NCBI GenBank assembly: GCA_046563655.1
Contig: CM102284.1
Span: 2,542,001-2,606,000 of the forward strand
Direction of reading: 5' to 3'
Source of the DNA: Yuukianura sp. NJ FZ-2021
Lineage: Eukaryota
DNA length: 64,000 nt
Positions 50,601 through 62,900 of this stretch are shown piece by piece. The notes beneath the pieces were generated by a model, which saw nothing but the letters and a program-made list of their open reading frames with translations, did not search any database and was not told where the DNA came from. Each line of letters starts with the position of its first letter. The first letter of the stretch is position 1. The position numbers and the translations under genes were made by a program.

Positions 50601-53600
50601 GCCCAAGACGACGTTCCCAGTCCATTTCATCCGTCCGTGCTGAAGCTACGACATTCGACCAACCACATTCATCCACTTCAAATGTACAGTCACCGGAGCT
50701 TCCAGCAGCAGTTTGAGGAGCGCCTAAATTCAAAAACAAATTTAAATTTGAATTCAATGTTAGTAAATAAAGGTTGGTTTCGGGTATCGATGCTAACTTT
50801 GAGGACGGAAATGAAGATGAAATCGGTGGTACTACATCATGAAATTTTAGGATGAGCATCGTATATCATCCATGAAGCTATGTTAAAAAATTTAGAATGG
50901 AGTACCACCGATTAGTACCCTAAAAGTGTACCCAAAGTTGACTAGTTTTCTAAGGAAATAATCAAGTTTTTCTTGATTATTACAATCCGTTTAAATCATC
51001 CGGCTGAATGTAATTTTTACCACCAAGATGTGCACAATTCTGGGTTTCGTTTTCCGAAGCTGCACAGTTTCAAACTTCGTGTTTTTGATTTTATCGTGCA
51101 CAATGTCTAACTTTTGAGTGGTCTTTGCTATGGAAACGGTTTTGGTGCATCAATGTTTGTTTTTAAAAAGTGCGATTTCTTGCTCAGACGTGTTTAAAGG
51201 TCATTTCCATTTTGAGTTTTGAATAGTACAGACGTGTTTTGTTTTTGTGTTTAACCTCTTGAGAACCCTAAATACGACTTTAGTCGTATTTTCTGTGCGG
51301 GCTCAGGGGCCTGAATACGACTATAGTCGTACTTTCTGTGCGTGCTCAGGGGCCTGAATACGACTAAAGTCGTAAACCTCTTGAACCCTAAATACGACTT
51401 TAGTCGTATTTTCTGTGCGGGCTCAGGGGCGTGAATACACTATAGTCGTACTTTCGTACTTTCTGTGCGTGCTCAGGGGCCTGAATACGACTAAAGTCGT
51501 ACTTTCTGTGCGTGCTCAGGGGCCTGAATACGACTTTAGTCGTATTGTTTCCGTGCTCAGGAGCCGAACTACGACTATGGATAAGACTTTTATGTGTCGA
51601 ACTTTTCTGGGTCAGACTTTTCTGGATAAGACTTTTCCGAATCTGACTTTTCTTGATCAGACTTTTCTGGCTCAGACTTTTCTAGATGACTTTTATGGGT
51701 CAAACTTTTCTGGATCAGATTTTTCTAGATAAGACTTTTCCGGATCTGACTTTTCTTGATCAGACTTTTCTGGCTCAAACTTCTCTGGATCAGACTTTTA
51801 TAGATAAGACTTTTCCGGATCTGACTTTTCTTGATCAGACTTTTCTGGCTCAAACTTCTCTGGATCAGACTTTTCTAGATAAGACTTTTCCGGGTCTGAC
51901 TTTTCCGGGTCTGACTTTTCTTGATCAGACTTTTCTGGCTCAAACTTTTCTGGATCAGATTTTCTGCATCAGACTTTTTTAGATAAGACTTTTATGAGTA
52001 AGACTTTTCTGGATTAGACTTTTCTTGATCAGACTTTTCTGCATCAGACTTTTCTAGATAAGACTTTTATGGGTAAAACTTTTCTGGATTAGACTTTTCT
52101 AGATCAGACTTTTATGAATCAGACTTTTCTGGATTAGACTTTTCCGGATCTGACTTTTCTTGATCAGACTTTTCTGGCTCAGACTTTTCTAGATAAGACT
52201 TTTATGGGTCAAACTTTTCTGGATCAGATTTTTCTTGATCAGACTTTTCTAGATAAGACTTTTCCGGATCTGACTTTTCTCGATCAGACTTTTCTGGATC
52301 AGACATTTCTAGATAAGACTTTTATGAATCAGACTTTTCTGGATTAGACTTTTCCGGGTCTGACTTTTCTTGATCAGACTTTTCTGCATCAGACTTTTCT
52401 AGATAAGACTTTTATGGGTAAAACTTTTCTGGATTAGACTTTTCTAGATAAGACTTTTATGAATCAGACTTTTCTGGATTAGACTTTTCCGGATCTGACT
52501 TTTCTTGATCAGACTTTTCTGGCTCAGACTTTTCTAGATAAGACTTTTATGGGTAAAACTTTTCTGGATCAGATTTTTCTTGATCAGACTTTTCTGGATC
52601 AGACTTTTCTAGATAAGACTTTTCCGGATCTGACTTTTCTCGATCAGACTTTTCTGGATCAGACATTTCTAGATAAGACTTTTATGAATCAGACTTTTCT
52701 GGATTAGACTTTTCCGGGTCTGACTTTTCTTGATCAGACTTTTCTGGCTCAGACTTTTCTAGATAAGACTTTTATGGGTCAAACTTTTCTGGATCAGATT
52801 TTTCTTGATCAGACTTTTCTGGATCAGACTTTTCTAGATAAGACTTTTCTAGATAAGACTTTTCCGGATGTGACTTTTCTTGATCAGGCTTTTCTGGCTC
52901 AAACTTTTCTGGCTCAAACTTTTAAGGTCGAGGTTAACGGTCATTTTATTATCAAAAATTCTCCATTTTTAATGTTTTCTTTCAGTTTCGACGTCGCCCA
53001 AACGGTTTGTATACAATGCACAATTCCGAAAGGAATTTGTGTAGCGCATACAAACTATTTGTACATTTTCACACAAGTTGCACATTTGTGATAAAAAACA
53101 ACGAATTTAAAACGTTTTATATCGTTATTAAGTGGGCCGGAGAAAATACAAACAAACAAATGGCGCTGGGCCGGTTTGGCAACGCTTATCCGAAACCATC
53201 CTTTGGTTGGTTTCGGGTATCGATGCTAACTTTGAGGACGGAAATGAAGATGAAATCGGTGGTACTACATCATGAAATTTTAGGATGAGCATCGTATATC
53301 ATCCATGAAGCTATGTTAAAAAATTTAGAATGGAGTACCACCGATTAGTACCCTAAAAGTGTACCCAAAGTTGACTAGTTTTCTAAGGAAATAATCAAGT
53401 TTTTCTTGATTATTACAATCCGTTTAAATCATCCGGCTGAATGTAATTTTTACCACCAAGATGTGCACAATTCTGGGTTTCGTTTTCCGAAGCTGCACAG
53501 TTTCAAACTTCGTGTTTTTGATTTTATCGTGCACAATGTCTAACTTTTGAGTGGTCTTTGCTATGGAAACGGTTTTGGTGCATCAATGTTTGTTTTTAAA

Positions 53601-56600
53601 AAGTGCGATTTCTTGCTCAGACGTGTTTAAAGGTCATTTCCATTTTGAGTTTTGAATAGTACAGACGTGTTTTGTTTTTGTGTTTAACCTCTTGAGAACC
53701 CTAAATACGACTTTAGTCGTATTTTCTGTGCGGGCTCAGGGGCCTGAATACGACTATAGTCGTACTTTCTGTGCGTGCTCAGGGGCCTGAATACGACTAA
53801 AGTCGTAAACCTCTTGAACCCTAAATACGACTTTAGTCGTATTTTCTGTGCGGGCTCAGGGGCGTGAATACACTATAGTCGTACTTTCGTACTTTCTGTG
53901 CGTGCTCAGGGGCCTGAATACGACTAAAGTCGTACTTTCTGTGCGTGCTCAGGGGCCTGAATACGACTTTAGTCGTATTGTTTCCGTGCTCAGGAGCCGA
54001 ACTACGACTATGGATAAGACTTTTATGTGTCGAACTTTTCTGGGTCAGACTTTTCTGGATAAGACTTTTCCGAATCTGACTTTTCTTGATCAGACTTTTC
54101 TGGCTCAGACTTTTCTAGATGACTTTTATGGGTCAAACTTTTCTGGATCAGATTTTTCTAGATAAGACTTTTCCGGATCTGACTTTTCTTGATCAGACTT
54201 TTCTGGCTCAAACTTCTCTGGATCAGACTTTTATAGATAAGACTTTTCCGGATCTGACTTTTCTTGATCAGACTTTTCTGGCTCAAACTTCTCTGGATCA
54301 GACTTTTCTAGATAAGACTTTTCCGGGTCTGACTTTTCCGGGTCTGACTTTTCTTGATCAGACTTTTCTGGCTCAAACTTTTCTGGATCAGATTTTCTGC
54401 ATCAGACTTTTTTAGATAAGACTTTTATGAGTAAGACTTTTCTGGATTAGACTTTTCTTGATCAGACTTTTCTGCATCAGACTTTTCTAGATAAGACTTT
54501 TATGGGTAAAACTTTTCTGGATTAGACTTTTCTAGATCAGACTTTTATGAATCAGACTTTTCTGGATTAGACTTTTCCGGATCTGACTTTTCTTGATCAG
54601 ACTTTTCTGGCTCAGACTTTTCTAGATAAGACTTTTATGGGTCAAACTTTTCTGGATCAGATTTTTCTTGATCAGACTTTTCTAGATAAGACTTTTCCGG
54701 ATCTGACTTTTCTCGATCAGACTTTTCTGGATCAGACATTTCTAGATAAGACTTTTATGAATCAGACTTTTCTGGATTAGACTTTTCCGGGTCTGACTTT
54801 TCTTGATCAGACTTTTCTGCATCAGACTTTTCTAGATAAGACTTTTATGGGTAAAACTTTTCTGGATTAGACTTTTCTAGATAAGACTTTTATGAATCAG
54901 ACTTTTCTGGATTAGACTTTTCCGGATCTGACTTTTCTTGATCAGACTTTTCTGGCTCAGACTTTTCTAGATAAGACTTTTATGGGTAAAACTTTTCTGG
55001 ATCAGATTTTTCTTGATCAGACTTTTCTGGATCAGACTTTTCTAGATAAGACTTTTCCGGATCTGACTTTTCTCGATCAGACTTTTCTGGATCAGACATT
55101 TCTAGATAAGACTTTTATGAATCAGACTTTTCTGGATTAGACTTTTCCGGGTCTGACTTTTCTTGATCAGACTTTTCTGGCTCAGACTTTTCTAGATAAG
55201 ACTTTTATGGGTCAAACTTTTCTGGATCAGATTTTTCTTGATCAGACTTTTCTGGATCAGACTTTTCTAGATAAGACTTTTCTAGATAAGACTTTTCCGG
55301 ATGTGACTTTTCTTGATCAGGCTTTTCTGGCTCAAACTTTTCTGGCTCAAACTTTTAAGGTCGAGGTTAACGGTCATTTTATTATCAAAAATTCTCCATT
55401 TTTAATGTTTTCTTTCAGTTTCGACGTCGCCCAAACGGTTTGTATACAATGCACAATTCCGAAAGGAATTTGTGTAGCGCATACAAACTATTTGTACATT
55501 TTCACACAAGTTGCACATTTGTGATAAAAAACAACGAATTTAAAACGTTTTATATCGTTATTAAGTGGGCCGGAGAAAATACAAACAAACAAATGGCGCT
55601 GGGCCGGTTTGGCAACGCTTATCCGAAACCATCCTTTGGTTGGTTTCGGGTATCGATGCTAACTTTGAGGACGGAAATGAAGATGAAATCGGTGGTACTA
55701 CATCATGAAATTTTAGGATGAGCATCGTATATCATCCATGAAGCTATGTTAAAAAATTTAGAATGGAGTACCACCGATTAGTACCCTAAAAGTGTACCCA
55801 AAGTTGACTAGTTTTCTAAGGAAATAATCAAGTTTTTCTTGATTATTACAATCCGTTTAAATCATCCGGCTGAATGTAATTTTTACCACCAAGATGTGCA
55901 CAATTCTGGGTTTCGTTTTCCGAAGCTGCACAGTTTCAAACTTCGTGTTTTTGATTTTATCGTGCACAATGTCTAACTTTTGAGTGGTCTTTGCTATGGA
56001 AACGGTTTTGGTGCATCAATGTTTGTTTTTAAAAAGTGCGATTTCTTGCTCAGACGTGTTTAAAGGTCATTTCCATTTTGAGTTTTGAATAGTACAGACG
56101 TGTTTTGTTTTTGTGTTTAACCTCTTGAGAACCCTAAATACGACTTTAGTCGTATTTTCTGTGCGGGCTCAGGGGCCTGAATACGACTATAGTCGTACTT
56201 TCTGTGCGTGCTCAGGGGCCTGAATACGACTAAAGTCGTAAACCTCTTGAACCCTAAATACGACTTTAGTCGTATTTTCTGTGCGGGCTCAGGGGCGTGA
56301 ATACACTATAGTCGTACTTTCGTACTTTCTGTGCGTGCTCAGGGGCCTGAATACGACTAAAGTCGTACTTTCTGTGCGTGCTCAGGGGCCTGAATACGAC
56401 TTTAGTCGTATTGTTTCCGTGCTCAGGAGCCGAACTACGACTATGGATAAGACTTTTATGTGTCGAACTTTTCTGGGTCAGACTTTTCTGGATAAGACTT
56501 TTCCGAATCTGACTTTTCTTGATCAGACTTTTCTGGCTCAGACTTTTCTAGATGACTTTTATGGGTCAAACTTTTCTGGATCAGATTTTTCTAGATAAGA

Positions 56601-59203
56601 CTTTTCCGGATCTGACTTTTCTTGATCAGACTTTTCTGGCTCAAACTTCTCTGGATCAGACTTTTATAGATAAGACTTTTCCGGATCTGACTTTTCTTGA
56701 TCAGACTTTTCTGGCTCAAACTTCTCTGGATCAGACTTTTCTAGATAAGACTTTTCCGGGTCTGACTTTTCCGGGTCTGACTTTTCTTGATCAGACTTTT
56801 CTGGCTCAAACTTTTCTGGATCAGATTTTCTGCATCAGACTTTTTTAGATAAGACTTTTATGAGTAAGACTTTTCTGGATTAGACTTTTCTTGATCAGAC
56901 TTTTCTGCATCAGACTTTTCTAGATAAGACTTTTATGGGTAAAACTTTTCTGGATTAGACTTTTCTAGATCAGACTTTTATGAATCAGACTTTTCTGGAT
57001 TAGACTTTTCCGGATCTGACTTTTCTTGATCAGACTTTTCTGGCTCAGACTTTTCTAGATAAGACTTTTATGGGTCAAACTTTTCTGGATCAGATTTTTC
57101 TTGATCAGACTTTTCTAGATAAGACTTTTCCGGATCTGACTTTTCTCGATCAGACTTTTCTGGATCAGACATTTCTAGATAAGACTTTTATGAATCAGAC
57201 TTTTCTGGATTAGACTTTTCCGGGTCTGACTTTTCTTGATCAGACTTTTCTGCATCAGACTTTTCTAGATAAGACTTTTATGGGTAAAACTTTTCTGGAT
57301 TAGACTTTTCTAGATAAGACTTTTATGAATCAGACTTTTCTGGATTAGACTTTTCCGGATCTGACTTTTCTTGATCAGACTTTTCTGGCTCAGACTTTTC
57401 TAGATAAGACTTTTATGGGTAAAACTTTTCTGGATCAGATTTTTCTTGATCAGACTTTTCTGGATCAGACTTTTCTAGATAAGACTTTTCCGGATCTGAC
57501 TTTTCTCGATCAGACTTTTCTGGATCAGACATTTCTAGATAAGACTTTTATGAATCAGACTTTTCTGGATTAGACTTTTCCGGGTCTGACTTTTCTTGAT
57601 CAGACTTTTCTGGCTCAGACTTTTCTAGATAAGACTTTTATGGGTCAAACTTTTCTGGATCAGATTTTTCTTGATCAGACTTTTCTGGATCAGACTTTTC
57701 TAGATAAGACTTTTCTAGATAAGACTTTTCCGGATGTGACTTTTCTTGATCAGGCTTTTCTGGCTCAAACTTTTCTGGCTCAAACTTTTAAGGTCGAGGT
57801 TAACGGTCATTTTATTATCAAAAATTCTCCATTTTTAATGTTTTCTTTCAGTTTCGACGTCGCCCAAACGGTTTGTATACAATGCACAATTCCGAAAGGA
57901 ATTTGTGTAGCGCATACAAACTATTTGTACATTTTCACACAAGTTGCACATTTGTGATAAAAAACAACGAATTTAAAACGTTTTATATCGTTATTAAGTG
58001 GGCCGGAGAAAATACAAACAAACAAATGGCGCTGGGCCGGTTTGGCAACGCTTATCCGAAACCATCCTTTGAAATTTGAAATAAATCGAAATGCTTAAGT
58101 TTAAAATATAACAATTTCCTCAACTCTAAGGTGAAGATGACTATAAACATTTTTTGTGCTAAAGATATCAAGGATGAGAACAATGCATGTCAATATTTGC
58201 TATGCAAATGAGTAAATAAAAAACATGACTCACTTGGACATGCTCCTGGAGCAAAAGAGATGTCATCGATAGCAATGTCCCCGAGATTATTTTTGCCCAC
58301 TTCACCTTCAAAGATGATCTGTAAGGAAGTGTAACAATAAAAGAAGATCAACAAAATGTGTCAAATGGGTCAAGAATTGGCAAATAGACTATGCAAATTT
58401 AACATAATTTTTCGCGCACTACCTTGAAGGACGTGAAGGAAGAAATGGGTACTTGTCCCTGGTACCAAGCATTCCCGGCCTCACCCGACAATGACCAAAT
58501 GACCCGATCCTCGTCGGCTTCCGTGTCATGCAGCAATACCCGCAGTGTCCCGATTCCATTTCCGTACATGTGCGTCCAGAACCTCATGCACAGCGGTTTG
58601 TCCGTTCCTATAAAATCAAATGACAAAACCTCACTCAGTTGATTCGCTCTTTTGTTATTTCGCACTAAAACTCAAAAGTTTTTCCTGCTGTCATTTGCAA
58701 ATTATGAAAAGTGCACTAAATCAAATAATGCTTTTGAACACGAGAACATTTGAAACCTGTATTTGAAAATTCGCGCGAAGATAGGCGAGCTCTGTCGCCG
58801 GCTCTTGCTGGGAATGAAGAATCGATGTATGCATAGCCACCGTTGTTTCCACCATGAGTGTAGGAAGCTCTGTCCATAATAGGTCCGGTGGACGGATTTT
58901 GACTTCCACGAGCCTATTGAGCAAAATCATAGTCACATTAGGTTATGTTTGAGTATGTTATGGTTAGGAGATGTTTCAAAATAGTATGATTATAATTTAA
59001 TTTGTTTTAGATTTAGATTGTATTACCAAACTCCAGTTGAAGTCATCGTCTTTTTCGTTTTCCCAGTCACAGAATCCGCCATCAAAGTTGCAATGACCAG
59101 GACAACTTTCTGTAGATTTCAAATTTATGTTGTCCAAAGCAATGTAACCTCTGTAACGTCTGCTCAGACGAGCCGGATCTCTCGGTATTCCTTCCAGGTA
59201 AAT
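47613..59203 (-). CDS. Multi-MAM-domain protein, 3' part (at least 3 MAM repeats); 5' exons presumably beyond the satellite, outside the window
   Basis: Exons encode CNFDGGFCDW (59027..59203), CMRFWTHMYG..IGTLRV and GNAW (~58423-58600), CTFEVDECGW (~50552-50710), GIDDI and CSFEKDMCHW. The final exon IRPKAAAKR* stops at 47613. Confidence 0.88.
51271..51578. repeat. 43-bp tandem repeat with an internal palindrome (also at +2433 and +4866)
   Basis: Units of aatacgact(tt/at/aa)agtcgtactttctgtgcgtgctcaggggcctg start at 51271, 51314, 51357 and onward. Confidence 0.85.
51574..52922. repeat. 15-bp minisatellite (gacttttctggatca-like), ~90 copies per unit (also at +2433 and +4866)
   Basis: Directly visible 15-bp period; it produces the spurious TFLDQ-repeat ORFs. 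Confidence 0.95.
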
Positions 59204-59950
59204 CTAAGTTAACAAATAATACATCAAAATTTTAAAAGCAGTAGAAATCTAGGTTAAGTTAAATGTATAGTAAATAATTTGGAAACAGAACAAATTTAAA
59301 GTCAGAACGGTGTTGAGTTCCACTTTTGAATCCTAGTTTTCGGAAAATTATTGAAGGGAAAGTTGATAAATGGGAAAATTCCACGCGAATTTCTCATTAA
59401 AGGGAAATGGACTTTCTACGGGTTTCCTTTTTGGGTCGGTTTGATTTGAACGACGACGGGGAGTCTTAAATTCTTAATTTATGGAAACGAGAAAAAGTTG
59501 GGTCAAGGAAAGTTTTTGCTATGGTAAAGGTAAAACGTAGTTTTCTGGATTTAGCACGATGTGGATCATGGCAATCGATCAGTGCTATGTCAGTTGCAAC
59601 AATGAGTGATATTGGTTATGAATTTTGACAAGTGCATCAGATATTTATTGACCTCGAATGGCCGTTAGGGGTGGCAAACTCGTCCAGTTTTTGAGAATCG
59701 AGTCTCGAGTCAAGAATTTTGGCTGCGAGTCTATACTCGAGTCCAGACTCGAGTCCTACTTTTGATTTTAAATCATCAATTCTAGGAGTAAAAAAGGAAT
59801 CCGGTATTACGCCAGAAGCTAACATCGGTTACACATTGTCTCTTCGTCGAAAGCACTTTTCCAATTTGTGAACAAAATATCATGTGCCTTATGAAACGTT
59901 AACATTGAAATCATCAATTTTTTAACACTTTGTAGGTCTAAATTTTGGGA

Positions 59951-62900
59951 GGAATTTTGGAAAAAGTCAGGATTGGGCTAACAAATTCACTACAGTGCAT
60001 TTTGCTTTTTTATGGAAATTAAAAAAATTCCAAAGTATTGATTTTTGAAAACACGATCACACCTTCTAACTTTCTACAGAAGGATTTTTGGAAAAAGTCA
60101 GGATGAGGCTAACAAATTCACTACAGTGCATTTTGCTTTTTTATGGAAATTTAAAAAATTCCAAAGTATTGATTTTTAAAAACACGATCACACCTTCTAA
60201 CTTTCTACAGAAGGATTTTTGGAAAAAGTCAGGATGAGGCTAACAAATTCACTACAGTGCATTTTGCTTTTTTATGGAAATTTAAAAAATTCCAAAGTAT
60301 TGATTTTTAAAAACACCATCACACCTTCTAACTTTCTACAGAAGGATTTTTGGAAAAAGTCAGGATTAGGCTAACAAATTCATTACAGTGCATTTTCCTT
60401 TTTTATGGAAATTTAAAAAATTCTAAAGTATTGATTTTTAAAAACACCATCACACCTTCTAACTTTCTACAGAAGGATTTTTGGAAAAAGTCAGGATTAG
60501 GCTAACAACTTCACTACAGTGTATTTTGCTTTTTTATGGAAATTAAAAAAATTCCAAAGTATTGATTTTTAAAAACACCATCACACCTTCTAACTTTCTA
60601 CAGAAGGATTTTTGGAAAAAGTCAGGATTAGGCTAACAAATTCACTACAGTGCATTTTGCTTTTTTATGGAAATTTAAAAAATTCCAAAGTATTGATTTT
60701 TAAAAACACCATCACACCTTCTAACTTTCTACAGAAGGATTTTTGGAAAAAGTCAGGATTAGGCTAACAAATTCACTACAGTGCATTTTGCTTTTTTATG
60801 GAAATTTAAAAAATTCCAAAGTATTGATTTTTAAAAACACCATCACACCTTCTAACTTTCTACAGAAGGATTTTTGGAAAAAGTCAGGATTAGGCTAACA
60901 ACTTCACTACAGTGCATTTTGCTTTTTTATGGAAATTTAAAAAATTCCAAAGTATTCATTTTTAAAAACACCATCACACCTTCTAACTTTCTACAGAAGG
61001 ATTTTTGGAAAAAGTCAGGATTAGGCTAACAAATTCACTACAGTGCATTTTGCTTTTTTATGGAAATTAAAAAAATTCCAAAGTATTGATTTTTAAAAAC
61101 ACGATCACACCTTCTAACTTTCTACAGAAGGATTTTTGGAAAAAGTCAGGATTAGGCTAACAAATTCACTACAGTGCATTTTGCTTTTTTATGGAAATTT
61201 AAAAAATTCCAAAGTATTGATTTTTAAAAACACGATCACACCTTCTAACTTTCTACAGAAGGATTTTTGGAAAAAGTCAGGATTAGGCTAACAACTTCAC
61301 TACAGTGTATTTTGCTTTTTTACGGAAATTAAAAAAATTCCAAAGTATTGATTTTTAAAAACACCATCACACCTTCTAACTTTCTACAGAAGGATTTTTG
61401 GAAAAAGTCAGGATTAGGCTAACAAATTCACTACAGTGCATTTTGCTTTTTTATGGAAATTTAAAAAATTCCAAAGTATTGATTTTTAAAAACACCATCA
61501 CACCTTCTAACTTTCTACAGAAGGATTTTTGGAAAAAGTCAGGATTAGGCTAACAAATTCACTACAGTGCATTTTGCTTTTTTATGGAAATTTAAAAAAT
61601 TCCAAAGTATTCATTTTTAAAAACACCATCACACCTTCTAACTTTCTACAGAAGGATTTTTGGAAAAAGTCAGGATTAGGCTAACAACTTCACTACAGTG
61701 CATTTTGCTTTTTTATGGAAATTTAAAAAATTCCAAAGTATTGATTTTTAAAAACACCATCACACCTTCTAACTTTCTACAGAAGGATTTTTGGAAAAAG
61801 TCAGGATTAGGCTAACAACTTCACTACAGTGTATTTTCCTTTTTTATGGAAATTAAAAAAATTCCAAAGTATTGATTTTTAAAAACACGATCACACCTTC
61901 TAACTTTCTACAGAAGGATTTTTGGAAAAAGTCAGGATTAGGCTAACAAATTCACTACAGTGCATTTTGCTTTTTTATGGAAATTTAAAAAATTCCAAAG
62001 TATTGATTTTTAAAAACACCATCACACCTTCTAACTTTCTACAGAAGGATTTTTGGAAAAAGTCAGGATTAGGCTAACAAATTCACTACAGTGCATTTTG
62101 CTTTTTTATGGAAATTTAAAAAATTCCAAAGTATTCATTTTTAAAAACACCATCACACCTTCTAACTTTCTACAGAAGGATTTTTGGAAAAAGTCAGGAT
62201 TAGGCTAACAAATTCACTACAGTGCATTTTGCTTTTTTATGGAAATTAAAAAAATTCCAAAGTATTGATTTTTAAAAACACCATCACACCTTCTAACTTT
62301 CTACAGAAGGATTTTTGGAAAAAGTCAGGATTAGGCTAACAACTTCACTACAGTGCATTTTGCTTTTTTATGGAAATTTAAAAAATTCCAAAGTATTCAT
62401 TTTTAAAAACACCATCACACCTTCTAACTTTCTACAGAAGGATTTTTGGAAAAAGTCAGGATTAGGCTAACAAATTCACTACAGTGCATTTTGCTTTTTT
62501 ATGGAAATTTAAAAAATTCCAAAGTATTGATTTTTAAAAACACCATCACACCTTCTAACTTTCTACAGAAGGATTTTTGGAAAAAGTCAGGATTAGGCTA
62601 ACAAATTCACTACAGTGCATTTTGCTTTTTTATGGAAATTTAAAAAATTCCAAAGTATTCATTTTTAAAAACACCATCACACCTTCTAACTTTCTACAGA
62701 AGGATTTTTGGAAAAAGTCAGGATTAGGCTAACAAATTCACTACAGTGCATTTTGCTTTTTTATGGAAATTAAAAAAATTCCAAAGTATTGATTTTTAAA
62801 AACACGATCACACCTTCTAACTTTCTACAGAAGGATTTTTGGAAAAAGTCAGGATTAGGCTAACAAATTCACTACAGTGCATTTTGCTTTTTTATGGAAA

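Larger units (their letters stand above)
50772..58067. mobile_element. Head-to-tail trimer of a 2430-bp non-autonomous TIR element (Spy/PHIS-like); units 50772..53201, 53205..55634, 55638..58067
   Basis: Period exactly 2433 bp. Each unit has TIRs ggttggtttcgggta / tatccgaaaccatcc (13/15 match). The left flank is AAA, the right flank is TTT, there is no TSD, and the units are separated by TTT. Confidence 0.8.

Noticed and set aside
51271-51578. Palindromic short repeats resembling a CRISPR array
   Set aside because: The intervening sequences are near-identical rather than unique spacers, there are no cas genes, and the context is a eukaryotic intron.
51415-57957. ORFs with TFLDQ pentapeptide-like repeats
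   Set aside because: They are translations of the 15-bp minisatellite, broken by frameshifts and lying antisense within an intron.
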